This document shows, piece by piece, positions 20,138-30,582 of a stretch of 64,000 nucleotides of DNA. A program made the position numbers and the translations under genes. The DNA lies in the NCBI GenBank assembly GCA_003567775.1, contig PWYR01000014.1:2136-66135 (forward strand). Reading direction: 5' to 3'. The notes below the pieces were generated by a model, which saw only the letters and a list, made by a program, of their open reading frames with translations, was not told where the DNA came from and ran no database searches. Source of the stretch: Ignavibacteriales bacterium (GTDB taxonomy: Bacteria > Bacteroidota > Ignavibacteria > T3Sed10-11). Every line of letters begins with the position of its first letter. Within the stretch, counting starts at the first letter, position 1.

Positions 20138-20794
20138 ATGACAAAATTAAAACGAGGGAAAGTACCTGAGGAGGATCTGAGACTCAAGTATCCAAAGGTT
20201 CTTGAAATCAGTCTGATAATTGCCATAGCCGTATTTATTATCGCATTTAGATTTCTACCTGATTGGGAGGGTCCTGATGGTATCGTCATAGAAGACCAGG
20301 AACTTGTCGATCTTGAAGACGTCGATATCACAAGACAAGAAGAGAGACCACCGCCACCGCCTCGACCGCCAATACCGATTGAAGCGCCGGGCGACGATGT
20401 GATGGACGATCTTGATTTTGCGTGGAGCGAGCTTGATATGTACGAAGACGTTCCGCCTCCTCCTCCGCCGAGAGATGACGAGCCGGAAGAGCAGTTTTTC
20501 CTGGCAGTTGAAGAAATGCCGGAAATTATAGGTGGAATCGAGTCGATTCAACGGCGTGTGCGTTACCCGGAGCTTGCAAAACGAGCAGGTGTTGAAGGTA
20601 CGGTTTACATCTATGCATTTGTCGATGCACAGGGTAATGTTGTCAGAACAGAGATTGTCAACGATCCGGGTGCAGGTCTTGGAGACGCCGCCGCCGCCGC
20701 CGTTGCCGAGGCAAAATTCAACCCCGGCAAACAACGTGGTCAACCGGTTCCGGTGCGTATCTCAATACCGGTTCATTTCCGGTTAGCACGATAA
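20138..20794 (+). CDS. tonB: energy transducer TonB
   Basis: ATG 20138 with SD GGGAG 9 nt upstream. N-terminal TM, Pro-rich spacer (PPPPPRPPIPIEAP, PPPPPPRDDEPEE), C-terminal TonB domain (EMPEIIGG...YPELAKRAGVEGTVYIYAFVDAQGNV). Confidence 0.8.
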   Translation: MTKLKRGKVPEEDLRLKYPKVLEISLIIAIAVFIIAFRFLPDWEGPDGIVIEDQELVDLEDVDITRQEERPPPPPRPPIPIEAPGDDVMDDLDFAWSELDMYEDVPPPPPPRDDEPEEQFFLAVEEMPEIIGGIESIQRRVRYPELAKRAGVEGTVYIYAFVDAQGNVVRTEIVNDPGAGLGDAAAAAVAEAKFNPGKQRGQPVPVRISIPVHFRLAR

Positions 20795-20809
20795 GAAAAT
20801 TCTTTCGAT

Positions 20810-20847
20810 AAGCCCCTTATTACACTATGATAAGGGGCTTTTTTTAT
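20810..20847 (+). terminator. rho-independent terminator after tonB
   Basis: Perfect 10-bp stem AAGCCCCTTA / TAAGGGGCTT with an 11-nt loop, followed by TTTTTTT. Confidence 0.6.
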
Positions 20848-20852
20848 CATTT

Positions 20853-22091
20853 ATGGAAATCGAATTACTCTTTTTATTCTTTCTCGCGTTACTTCTTAGC
20901 TCACTATTCTCCTTTTCGGAGATCGCTTTCATTGTTGCGAATAAATTAAAAATCGAGGTGCGTGCTCGGAAAAAAGTAACCGGGGCTGCAACTACCCTTG
21001 CCTTTACAAAACAACCCGATCGCTTTTTTTCCACCCTTTTGGTCGGTAATAACATTGCAAATGTTGCTTGCTCGTCTATAGCAACGGCATTGTTCGGTCT
21101 TTATTTTGGGTGGGGTGAATTCACCATTCTGATTGTGGTCTCCGTTTCACTCCTTTTGTTCGGCGAAATATTACCAAAAACAATTGCGCGGGATATTGCC
21201 GATTTTGTTATTATCCTGATAGCCCTTTTTATTAAGTTTGTTCGTGTTATGTTGTATCCGCTGGTGTGGCTTTCGGAGCGGGTGTCCGGAATGCTGCTCG
21301 TTATGTTTAAGGTAGGATCTGATGAGGTAAAACATTTCTTTTCGCGCAGCGATATTAACCAGCTTATTCGCGAAAGCAGTGAAAGCGGTGAGATGGACAC
21401 CGACGACGGAACGATGCTTGTTAAAGCGATATCGCTTGCCGATCAGCAGGTGCGTGAAGTTATGATCCCGCGCACGGAGATCGTTGCTATCGATCAATCG
21501 GCGACGTTGCAGGAGGTCATACGAGTATTCCGGCGATCTGGATTCTCAAGACTGCCGGTCTATAAGGATACGCTCGATCAGATTGTCGGTGTAGTTTATG
21601 CACACGATCTGTTTCAACGACCGAGAAGTTTGAAAAATATCATTCGTGAAGTCCTGTTTGTTCCGGAGACCAAAAAGAGCTCCGACCTGCTGCGTGAATT
21701 CCGCCAGCGAGGCATTACCATTGCATTTGCAGTCGATGAATACGGCGGCACCGCGGGATTAATTACAACAGAAGACCTTATCGAGGAGCTTTTCGGAGAG
21801 ATACAGGATGAATACGACGTTGAGGAAATAGTGTGTGAGAAAGTGAACGATACGACGTATCTGCTCAGCGGACGTGTTGAGATCGATTATCTTAACGAAA
21901 AATATCATCTCCATATTCCAGACGGCGATTACGAAACGATCGCGGGGTTTATAATGCATAGAGCCGGAACCATCCCGCAGCAAGGTGAAGTTGTGCGAAC
22001 GGATAATTTTACGATTACTGTATCGAAAGCGGTAAAGAATAAAATTCAGTTGGTACAGCTTGAAGTCAACAAAAATAAAGATCGGCAATAA
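20853..22091 (+). CDS. HlyC/CorC (CNNM) family transporter, DUF21 + tandem CBS + CorC_HlyC domains
   Basis: 412 aa. N-terminal 4-TM DUF21 region, CBS pair, C-terminal transporter-associated domain (FTITVSKAVKNKIQLVQLEV). Confidence 0.8.
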   Translation: MEIELLFLFFLALLLSSLFSFSEIAFIVANKLKIEVRARKKVTGAATTLAFTKQPDRFFSTLLVGNNIANVACSSIATALFGLYFGWGEFTILIVVSVSLLLFGEILPKTIARDIADFVIILIALFIKFVRVMLYPLVWLSERVSGMLLVMFKVGSDEVKHFFSRSDINQLIRESSESGEMDTDDGTMLVKAISLADQQVREVMIPRTEIVAIDQSATLQEVIRVFRRSGFSRLPVYKDTLDQIVGVVYAHDLFQRPRSLKNIIREVLFVPETKKSSDLLREFRQRGITIAFAVDEYGGTAGLITTEDLIEELFGEIQDEYDVEEIVCEKVNDTTYLLSGRVEIDYLNEKYHLHIPDGDYETIAGFIMHRAGTIPQQGEVVRTDNFTITVSKAVKNKIQLVQLEVNKNKDRQ

Positions 22092-22096
22092 AAATT

Positions 22097-23119
22097 TTGA
22101 AAACCGTACTATCCATAGTTTCATTATTAATAATTTCAGGATTTACGGCGCCGGGCAGTGATCGGCGTTTCATACCCCTTACTTCGTCCGATACCGATGC
22201 AGTTGTAGTAAACTTTACCGGTGATTGTGTATTTACCAACCATTTTGAAACATTCGTCGGAGACGACGTAGAAAGTGTTTTTGCCGATGTGCCATGGTTC
22301 ATTCGGGCGGATATCAATATGATCAACCTTGAACATCCGATTACAAAATACGGTGAAGCGGAAGAAAAAGAATTTCCATTTAAGATGCACCCGCGTTATC
22401 TCACGTTGCTTCAAAAAGGAAATATCAATTTAGTTAATGCAGCAAACAATCACATATATGACTACGGAGTAGCCGGTATTGACGATACTATGGAATATCT
22501 GGATTCGGTTAATATTGCTTACGTCGGTATAGGTAAGTCCTTGCAAGAAGCGCGTGAACCTGTTATATTTATAATAAAGGGAAAGCGGCTCGGGTTTCTG
22601 GGTTATTTTGGTGGTGCGGGTCAGTTTGCTGCGACGGATACTTCGGCGGGACTTGCGCCGAGATTTCATTTATTAATATTAAGTGATATTCGAAAGCTCA
22701 GGTCGAAGGTAGATTACCTCATTGCGTCTTTTCACTGGGGAATCGAAAACGAACACTATCCCGAAGAATGGCAAATGAAATTGGGCAGAGCGAGTATCGA
22801 TGCGGGTGCAGATCTTGTTGTCGGGCACCATCCTCACGTGCTGCAGGGCATCGAACGATACAAAAACGGGGTGATTGCTTACTCGTTGGGCAATTTCATA
22901 TTCGGCGGGCACCGGCGTCCGGTTTATGATACCATTGTGTTGCAAGCATTGTTTGGCGAAACCATGGAAGTAAGACCGCTCCCGGTGAGAATCGACCGAT
23001 GGCGCGTAACAGAGTTGAATCAAAATTTAGCCGGTACAGTAATCGACAGCTTGCACGTGTATTCTCACGACTTTCAAAATTGTTTCTTTTATGAGTATTG
23101 TTTACATGGGGAAAAATAA
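22097..23119 (+). CDS. CapA/PgsA family metallophosphoesterase-like protein (poly-gamma-glutamate synthesis family)
   Basis: Signal peptide. NFTGDCVF, NLEHPIT, NAANNHIYDYG, SFHWGIENEHYP and VVGHHPHVLQGIE motifs of the CapA family. Confidence 0.7.
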   Translation: MKTVLSIVSLLIISGFTAPGSDRRFIPLTSSDTDAVVVNFTGDCVFTNHFETFVGDDVESVFADVPWFIRADINMINLEHPITKYGEAEEKEFPFKMHPRYLTLLQKGNINLVNAANNHIYDYGVAGIDDTMEYLDSVNIAYVGIGKSLQEAREPVIFIIKGKRLGFLGYFGGAGQFAATDTSAGLAPRFHLLILSDIRKLRSKVDYLIASFHWGIENEHYPEEWQMKLGRASIDAGADLVVGHHPHVLQGIERYKNGVIAYSLGNFIFGGHRRPVYDTIVLQALFGETMEVRPLPVRIDRWRVTELNQNLAGTVIDSLHVYSHDFQNCFFYEYCLHGEK

Positions 23120-23126
23120 TAAACAC

Positions 23127-26100
23127 ATGGCGACTCCGGATAATCTCGATAGCATACCGACTGCAATCATCCAGTGCACCAACCGGACTGTTTATTATGC
23201 AAATAAAACTGCGAAACGCTTTTTCGGTAATTCACAAAAATTTCCTGTTACGCTTAATGAGTATTTCGGCGACAATGCTGCTCGAGAGATCCGCAGCATA
23301 CTCCGGATGAGAAAAAATCAGGGATTTGTTATTCACATCAATGACAAAGTGTTTGATGTGAAAAAAGGGTCTTCTCCGAAGAATTCAAACCGCCGTGAGC
23401 TTTTTCTCAACGATGTGACCGATATACATCGGAAAATGGAGGAGGAAAAACAGGCATCCGAAGTATTTCAAACCATCGTTGAAAACTCCGAAGATGGCAT
23501 TAGTATTGTCGAGGGTGACCGTTTTTTATTCGTCAATCAAAAATTTCTTGAATTATTCGGTTATTCAAGTGCGAAGCAGCTTATCGGTAAACCATTTTCG
23601 ATAGTGGTTGCGCCCGACGACCGGAAGCGAGTTCTTTCCACGAGCCGTGCACGACAAAGCGGGAAGGATGTGCCGTTTCTCTACGATTATAAAGGCAGGA
23701 AAAGGAACGGCAGGATTATCGATATCGAAGTAGCGGCATCATTCATCCAGTTTGAAGGGAAACCCGCAAGTTTGAGTTTTCATCGCGATGTTACCGAACG
23801 CAATTCCCTTGAAATGCAACTGATCGAATCCGAGGAATTCCGCAAAAATGTTTTCTCCAGTCTTGAACAGGGAGTGATAGTATTCGATGAAAATTTGCGG
23901 TGTCTCGACTGCAACAATCAGATGGAATATTTTACCGATATTGAATGCAGAGCGGTGGTCGGTATGCATGCGACGGAAATCTTCGAAAAATTCGAAAAAT
24001 ACGGTGCTCTTGAAAAATTTAATAACGTGCTTGCCGGTACGAAAGTATCGTCCGGATACTTAGAATATTTTCATCCATCCAGCAAACAGTCCCGCTATGC
24101 TTGGTTATATCTGTCGCCGTTACTCAGCAGCGACGGTTCTGTGAGGGGAATAGTCGGTACGCTCTCGGATCTTACCCACCAGAAGTTTATGCAGGATGAT
24201 ATAAAAGAATCGGAAACGTTGTTTAGGAACGTACTCGAAGCGATGGGAGATGCGCTTGTACTTACCGATTTGCAAGGAAGGGTATTTCGGGTTAATAAAG
24301 AATTCGAACGTATTACCGGTTACCGGGAGGATGAAGCCGTCGGGCAAACTATACCATATTCGTGGTTTTATGAACCCGATACTGCGCGATTTGTCGTCTG
24401 GATATCCGAGCTTCGCAATAAAAATTACCTTCATGATTTCGATATACGATGGAAGAGCAAATCGGGTAATATTATTCCCGTTAGTCTGAATACCACATTG
24501 TTGAAGAACAAAGAGGGTGATTCCGTCGCAATGCTCAATATGGCGCGGGATATAACAGACCGTAAGAAGCTTGAAACGGAACTACAAAATCGAACACAGC
24601 AAATCGAGCTTATCAATCGTGTTATCAGCAAAGCAAACGAGACTATCGAGATCAACGATCTCCTGAATACGCTCGACAGAGAATTGCGGCAGCTTATTGC
24701 ATGTGATCTTTTCGGGTTAATCCTGCTGCGAGGAACGGATACGGTAGAAGAAGTTGCTTTTACAATAGATGCAGAAACAAAGCAAAGCAGGCGGAAAGAA
24801 CATATCGGAACGAACACTTCGCTCGGTTTAAAAGTCAGGAGCTGGAAAAAACCGTTTTTATCGAACAACCTGAGCAATAATAAATCGGAGATTAAGAATC
24901 TGCCGCTTGTGAAAGCGGGGTATAACTCGCTTGCGGCAGTTCCGATCTATACAAAAGATACATTCCTCGGAATATTATACATCGCGACCCGTCAAAAGAA
25001 CGGATTCAACGGAAACGAAATTGACTTGCTCCAGCCGATATGCGAACAAATCGGGTTGATCGTAGATAAGCTTAATCTATTTACCCGTGTCCGGGATGAT
25101 GCACAGTATATCCATAATCTTCTCTATTCGATGGATGATATAGTGTTCACGGTAAACAACGATCTGATTATCACCGAGACCAATACTCCATTCAACGAAT
25201 TTCCGTTTGTCGATATCCGGAAGTCGGGAGGAAAGCATAAATCGCTAATCGGTCGGGCGTTATACGACGTGCTCATCAATGCCCCGTATCGCGAAGGCAT
25301 TGAACAAGTAATAGACGCTCTCTTTTCAGGCAATTTAACAATTTTCACTACCGAATTTGTACATACCATAGACGGTGATCGAAAATATTGCCAGCTTCGC
25401 ATTAACCCGATGAAAGTTGAAGGTCGTATTGTTGGATTAGTCTTTACTCATACGGATATCACCGCATTAAAGAAAACCGAAGCCGAATTGAAAAGCCGTA
25501 ATCGAGATCTCACCATTCTTGCATCGCTGGGAAATATATATGCCTCCTCGCTCGATATCGATGAAATAGCGGAAAGTGTACTCGAACGCATCGATGATCT
25601 CCGGCAACCGGATGTATTGACGATATCGTTGCTTGATAAACCTGCAGGAAAATTAAGACTTGTCGCTGCTAAAGGTATTCCTCAAGAGAAATCATCGCAT
25701 TCATATAACACCGATCATCCGGTCATCGAAAAAATAATTGACAATAGCGATTATACAATTATTGAGGATATCGAGAACGAATATCCTGAGTTATATGATT
25801 ATTTCATAAGAAAAGATCAGCGCTCTGTCGGATTTTTTCTTTTAAAGGTTGAAAACGAAATACTCGGCGCCTTGAGTGTTGGTTTTGTGAATTTTAATAA
25901 ATTTTTCCCCGAGGACGTTGCCCTCTACAGAAATATAGCAACACAGGTAACTATGGCGATACAAAATGCGCAACTCTATCGAAAGATTCAGATTTCTGAA
26001 GAAAAGTATCGTTTGCTTGTAGAGACGGCACAGGATATGGTTATATCAATGGACCTCGACGGAAACTTTACGTATGTCAGCCCGAGTGCAAAACATCTTA

Positions 26101-27566
26101 CCGGGTATGATCCCGAAATGATACTCAAACAACGTTTTAATCCGCGTATGATCCATCCGGGAGATTATCGTGACATAAACAAACTGTTACGACTTGCCAT
26201 AGAACGGCAGCCACTGGCGGAGCCGGTGCGAGCGCTTGAGTTTAGAATCCGGACACGATCTGGAAATTATCGGTGGATGTCGGCGTCGTGGACTCTTATG
26301 CACAATGAACAAGGTCGCGTGACCGGGGTACAATGTATTCTACGGGATGTACATGAACGGCGTCTCGCCGAAGAGGAGATTACACACCAATTAGAACGGC
26401 TCCGTGTTCTGTACGAGCTTGCGCATGAACTTGCAGCCACCCTTGACCGAAACGATATTCTGGTTACGGTTTCAAAGAGCGTTACCCGGGTGCTTCCGCA
26501 TCTATCGCTTGCAATTTATCTCTATGACGATGAAACTCCCGATACGTTACAACAAATTTTGAAGATCGGTGCTGCCGACGGGATTCCCATAATGGAGAAA
26601 CCGGAAATGATATCGCTAAATAACGAAGCATACAAGCTTGAACGGCAGGTCATCGAGGAACGCCGGTTGTGCGATATCCCGGGCGATTGGAACAAAAACC
26701 ACAAAATTGTTGCGCCGATGATAATAAAGAAAAAAGTTCTCGGATTGTTCGCTCTTGAAGCCGAAGGCGCCGATACGTACAGCGAAACTCATAAAGACCT
26801 ATTGCAAACGATCGCGCATCTTGCAGGGATCGCAATAGAGAAAGCTTTGCTGTATCAGGAGACGGTGGAAAAATCGGAAGTAATTCAACGGAGGAATCGT
26901 GAGCTTGACGATTTTACCTATGTGGTTTCCCACGATTTGAAAGAACCGCTCATTAGCATTGAAGGATATAGCAAAATAGTACTTGCCGATTATAGTGACA
27001 CTTTACACGAAGACGGTGTGGAAATGCTCACATCGATTTCACAATCGTGCTACAGGATGAAGAACCTGATTAATGAGCTGTTAGACTTATCGCGGGTGGG
27101 TCGGCTCACTGAAAGTATGACCCCGGTTTCAATTAACGATGTGGTGAAAGAGATACTGGACGACCTTGAGTATACCATTAAAAAACGAAAGGTCAGTGTG
27201 GAGGTGGAGAATAATTTACCTATTGTTCTTGGAAACAGGGTGCATATCGTTGTACTTTTCCGTAACTTAGTAGTGAACGGTGTAAAATTCAATTCATCGG
27301 AGCACCCTGTGATAAGAATCGGTTGGAACGAAGAAGATTCTATGTACCGGTTCAACGTGTCGGATAACGGAATCGGCATTGAACGTGATTCATTTGATAA
27401 AATTTTTACTATATTTCATCGGTTACGTACGGAATTTCGATATGAAGGGACGGGAGCCGGGTTAACCATCGTGAAAAAGATCGTCGAGACGCATGGCGGG
27501 AGGATATGGCTTGACTCGACTGTAGGAAAAGGAACGACATTCTATTTTACTTTACCAAAACCATAA
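23127..27566 (+). CDS. multi-sensor signal transduction histidine kinase (multiple PAS/PAC and GAF domains, HisKA, HATPase_c)
   Basis: About 1480 aa. Repeated PAS-like blocks and at least two GAF-like regions. H-box FTYVVSHDLKEPLISIEGY. N, G1 and G2 boxes (VVNGVKFN, DNGIGIE, GTGAGLTIVKKIVETHGGRIWLDS). No receiver domain. Start ambiguous (23091, 23106 or 23127). Confidence 0.85.
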   Translation: MATPDNLDSIPTAIIQCTNRTVYYANKTAKRFFGNSQKFPVTLNEYFGDNAAREIRSILRMRKNQGFVIHINDKVFDVKKGSSPKNSNRRELFLNDVTDIHRKMEEEKQASEVFQTIVENSEDGISIVEGDRFLFVNQKFLELFGYSSAKQLIGKPFSIVVAPDDRKRVLSTSRARQSGKDVPFLYDYKGRKRNGRIIDIEVAASFIQFEGKPASLSFHRDVTERNSLEMQLIESEEFRKNVFSSLEQGVIVFDENLRCLDCNNQMEYFTDIECRAVVGMHATEIFEKFEKYGALEKFNNVLAGTKVSSGYLEYFHPSSKQSRYAWLYLSPLLSSDGSVRGIVGTLSDLTHQKFMQDDIKESETLFRNVLEAMGDALVLTDLQGRVFRVNKEFERITGYREDEAVGQTIPYSWFYEPDTARFVVWISELRNKNYLHDFDIRWKSKSGNIIPVSLNTTLLKNKEGDSVAMLNMARDITDRKKLETELQNRTQQIELINRVISKANETIEINDLLNTLDRELRQLIACDLFGLILLRGTDTVEEVAFTIDAETKQSRRKEHIGTNTSLGLKVRSWKKPFLSNNLSNNKSEIKNLPLVKAGYNSLAAVPIYTKDTFLGILYIATRQKNGFNGNEIDLLQPICEQIGLIVDKLNLFTRVRDDAQYIHNLLYSMDDIVFTVNNDLIITETNTPFNEFPFVDIRKSGGKHKSLIGRALYDVLINAPYREGIEQVIDALFSGNLTIFTTEFVHTIDGDRKYCQLRINPMKVEGRIVGLVFTHTDITALKKTEAELKSRNRDLTILASLGNIYASSLDIDEIAESVLERIDDLRQPDVLTISLLDKPAGKLRLVAAKGIPQEKSSHSYNTDHPVIEKIIDNSDYTIIEDIENEYPELYDYFIRKDQRSVGFFLLKVENEILGALSVGFVNFNKFFPEDVALYRNIATQVTMAIQNAQLYRKIQISEEKYRLLVETAQDMVISMDLDGNFTYVSPSAKHLTGYDPEMILKQRFNPRMIHPGDYRDINKLLRLAIERQPLAEPVRALEFRIRTRSGNYRWMSASWTLMHNEQGRVTGVQCILRDVHERRLAEEEITHQLERLRVLYELAHELAATLDRNDILVTVSKSVTRVLPHLSLAIYLYDDETPDTLQQILKIGAADGIPIMEKPEMISLNNEAYKLERQVIEERRLCDIPGDWNKNHKIVAPMIIKKKVLGLFALEAEGADTYSETHKDLLQTIAHLAGIAIEKALLYQETVEKSEVIQRRNRELDDFTYVVSHDLKEPLISIEGYSKIVLADYSDTLHEDGVEMLTSISQSCYRMKNLINELLDLSRVGRLTESMTPVSINDVVKEILDDLEYTIKKRKVSVEVENNLPIVLGNRVHIVVLFRNLVVNGVKFNSSEHPVIRIGWNEEDSMYRFNVSDNGIGIERDSFDKIFTIFHRLRTEFRYEGTGAGLTIVKKIVETHGGRIWLDSTVGKGTTFYFTLPKP

Positions 27567-27580
27567 ACAGTGAATGAATA

Positions 27581-28021
27581 TTGAGACGAGATCTTAACAT
27601 TCTGCTTATCGATGATAATCCTGATCACATTAAGATTATTATCTGGGCGCTGGAACAATCGGAAGTAAAGAATAAAGTATCGGTGATTGAAGACGCCAAC
27701 AGAGCGCTTGCCGTTTTGGACACGATTGATACACCGCATAGCGTCCTGAACAGGAAACCGGACCTAATTTTTCTGGATATAAATTTACCGACTATGAACG
27801 GTATCGATTTATTGCAGCATATTAAAAGCAATCCTGTTTTAAAGTCGATACCGGTTATTATGCTCAGCAGCTCGGATAGATTTGAGGATGTGGAAAAAGC
27901 GTATGAGAACGGCGCAAATACATACATAAGCAAATCAAAGATTTTCGACGAGGTTGCACACGCAGTAAACACTGTATGTGTCTACTGGGCAAACATTGCA
28001 CAGCTATCAACGGGAAATTAA
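27581..28021 (+). CDS. single-domain response regulator (CheY-like receiver)
   Basis: ILLIDDNPDH, phospho-acceptor context LIFLDINLP, IPVIMLSSSD, and conserved Lys in NTYISKSK. Confidence 0.8.
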   Translation: MRRDLNILLIDDNPDHIKIIIWALEQSEVKNKVSVIEDANRALAVLDTIDTPHSVLNRKPDLIFLDINLPTMNGIDLLQHIKSNPVLKSIPVIMLSSSDRFEDVEKAYENGANTYISKSKIFDEVAHAVNTVCVYWANIAQLSTGN

Positions 28022-28034
28022 TGAGGTGTCTATT

Positions 28035-28709
28035 ATGGAAAAACGAGATGTAAATCTTTTACTCATTGAGGATAATGAAAATTTTGCCCGATTAGTACAA
28101 ATATATTTACGGCGTTATCACGATGTAAAATTCAACATTATCTGGAAGGAAGACGGCGAACAGGGATTGAACGAACTCAAGGATAATCCCGATATCGACA
28201 TTATTCTGATGGATTACTTTCTACCAGGTCAAAACGGTCTCGACACCACACTGCAAATCAGGGAAACAGGGATCAAGTCGCCGGTTATATTTCTCACTGT
28301 CAATAAGGATTTTAATCTCGCATTGGAAGTGATGAAAGCGGGCGTATCAGATTACATCGTAAAAGAAGAGATATCGACGCCGGTCTTCCCCAAAATCATA
28401 CTCGGGGTACTTGAGAAAAAAGAATTGAAGGAGAGATTTGAAGACCTTGAGATAAGTCGAAACCGGCTTGAAGCCCTGCAAAATCTTGCAACCGATGTTA
28501 CCTCAGAGCTTGGCCCGGTGTTAAATGAAATGCGAGAAATATCCAACGAGTTAATGGATAAGTATAAAAAAGAAAATACGGCGAATTATCTGACTATTAT
28601 CAACGATAGTGTACAGCGTATTCAATCGAAGATCATTAAGTTAAAAGAGATCAAAGACGATAAGACAGTGACGTATGTAAAAGATCTGAAGATGATCGAT
28701 TTATCGTGA
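28035..28709 (+). CDS. response regulator with C-terminal coiled-coil/HisKA-like domain lacking the phosphorylatable His
   Basis: ATG 28035 (MEKRDVNLLLIEDN). Receiver motifs DIILMDYFLPG, IFLTV. The C-terminal ~90 aa are coiled-coil with TSELGPVLNEM, resembling an H-box in which His is replaced by Thr. Confidence 0.65.
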   Translation: MEKRDVNLLLIEDNENFARLVQIYLRRYHDVKFNIIWKEDGEQGLNELKDNPDIDIILMDYFLPGQNGLDTTLQIRETGIKSPVIFLTVNKDFNLALEVMKAGVSDYIVKEEISTPVFPKIILGVLEKKELKERFEDLEISRNRLEALQNLATDVTSELGPVLNEMREISNELMDKYKKENTANYLTIINDSVQRIQSKIIKLKEIKDDKTVTYVKDLKMIDLS

Positions 28710-28761
28710 TCTGTCGAGGCGATTTGCAAACCTTCTATTTATTATTCGAACATAAAATTAT

Positions 28762-29610
28762 ATGAATTCTCGCATTGCGGTTGCACAAATTGATGTACGT
28801 GTTGGTGATATTAATTATAATTTGAAACGCCATATCGAGTATGTTGATGAAGCGAGATCAAACGGCGCCAGCATCGTTATTTTTCCAGAATTAAGTCTTA
28901 CCGGTTATTCCATTCGAGATCTGGTGCACGATGTTGCACAAACTTCTTATCATAATCATCCGCATTTTGAGAAGTTACTTGAACTCAGTAAAGAAATTCA
29001 AATTATTGCCGGCGGAGTGGAGGAAACCTCGCGTTTCAAATTGCACAATGCCGTATTGCTCCTTGCAAACGGTGAGATGAGTATCGTTCATCGTAAGATT
29101 TACCTCCCGACATACGGTATGTTTGAAGAGAACAGATACTTCCTGCCGGGCGACTCGGTGCGTTCATTCGATACCCCTGCCGGGAGATGGGGAACTCTTA
29201 TTTGTGAGGATATATGGCATCTGTCATTACCATATTTGCTTGCGCAAGACGGCGCCGAGGTGATTGTTGCCATATCGGCGGGTCCGACCCGCCTCGGCGG
29301 AGATAAAAAAGGTAAACCGGCTGTTGCAGATATAAATCTGGAACATCATAGAACGTACGCCCGTCTGTTGTCATGTTACTTTATTTTTTGCAATCGTGTG
29401 GGGTTTGAGGACGGCATCGGCTTTTGGGGTGGGTCGACGATCATCTCACCATCCGGAACTATTATTGAACAAGCCCCGTTTTTTGATAATGCTGTGATAT
29501 ACGGCGATATTTTGCACGAAGAGATTAAGCGTGCCCGACGCGACTCCCGCCACGCGCTCGATGAGCGTCCTGAATTCGTGCTGAAAGAATTGGAGAGGAT
29601 CACCCGCTGA
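28762..29610 (+). CDS. carbon-nitrogen hydrolase family protein (nitrilase/omega-amidase-like)
   Basis: IAVAQIDVRVGD...IVIFPELSLTGY (catalytic Glu), KIYLP (Lys), and the GTLICEDIWH motif with Cys. Confidence 0.8.
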   Translation: MNSRIAVAQIDVRVGDINYNLKRHIEYVDEARSNGASIVIFPELSLTGYSIRDLVHDVAQTSYHNHPHFEKLLELSKEIQIIAGGVEETSRFKLHNAVLLLANGEMSIVHRKIYLPTYGMFEENRYFLPGDSVRSFDTPAGRWGTLICEDIWHLSLPYLLAQDGAEVIVAISAGPTRLGGDKKGKPAVADINLEHHRTYARLLSCYFIFCNRVGFEDGIGFWGGSTIISPSGTIIEQAPFFDNAVIYGDILHEEIKRARRDSRHALDERPEFVLKELERITR

Positions 29611-29712
29611 AAAAAATCTTGATAAAATAGCCAAAATTTAATACTTTATATAGTTTATAGAAATTTATACGTATTTGTAACCAATTTGTATGCAGGAGGA
29701 CGATAGAAAGGC

Positions 29713-30564
29713 ATGAACGGCGTAAAAACTGCATTTTTTTTAACATTAATCATGGTGTTGTTCCTGCTCGTAGGACAGGCACTCGGCGGTCAACAGGGCA
29801 TGATCATCGCATTTATTATAGCCCTCGGGTTTAATTTTTTCAGTTATTGGTATTCCGATAAAATCGTGTTGAAGTTATATAAGGCAAAGGAAGTTTCGCG
29901 AGCACAAGCACCCAAACTGTACGGGATGGTTGAAAAACTGGTAAAGAACGGCGGGCTTCCGATGCCGAAAGTATATGTAATTCCATCGAATACGCCAAAT
30001 GCTTTTGCTACGGGCCGCAATCCCTCGAACGCGGTCGTAGCGGTGACCGAAGGGATTGTACGGCTCCTGAACGATGAGGAACTTGAGGGAGTACTTGCCC
30101 ACGAACTCGCCCACATACGAAACCGGGATATTTTGTTAAGTACTATTGTCGCGACCATAGTCGGTGCTATTACCTACCTCTCTTTCATCGGCAGATTCGC
30201 ATTTTTTTTTCTCGGGCGAGGTGGAGATCGCGATGCCGGTGCGGTGATCGGACAGCTTTTAATGCTCATCATTGCACCGATCGCAGCGGCTCTTATTCAA
30301 ATGGCGATATCCCGTGCTCGTGAGTATATGGCAGATGCCGGCGGCGCCGAAATTTGCGGTAAACCGATGGCGCTGGCAAATGCTTTAAAAAAACTTGAGA
30401 AGGGTGTCGCACGGACGCCTATGCAGGAAGCGAATCCGTCAACATCGCATATGTTTATTGTAAATCCGTTCCGGGGCGGTGGCATTACCAAATTATTTTC
30501 GACGCATCCGCCGATTCCGGAACGAGTTAAACGGCTTGAAGCGCTCGCACGCGGAAGAGCGTAA
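29713..30564 (+). CDS. htpX: protease HtpX homolog (M48 zinc metalloprotease)
   Basis: 283 aa. N-terminal TMs. [10 protein letters not shown] HExxH motif. Length and topology typical of HtpX. Confidence 0.85.
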   Translation: MNGVKTAFFLTLIMVLFLLVGQALGGQQGMIIAFIIALGFNFFSYWYSDKIVLKLYKAKEVSRAQAPKLYGMVEKLVKNGGLPMPKVYVIPSNTPNAFATGRNPSNAVVAVTEGIVRLLNDEELEGVLAHELAHIRNRDILLSTIVATIVGAITYLSFIGRFAFFFLGRGGDRDAGAVIGQLLMLIIAPIAAALIQMAISRAREYMADAGGAEICGKPMALANALKKLEKGVARTPMQEANPSTSHMFIVNPFRGGGITKLFSTHPPIPERVKRLEALARGRA

Positions 30565-30582
30565 GCCGGGAAAGAATGACGT

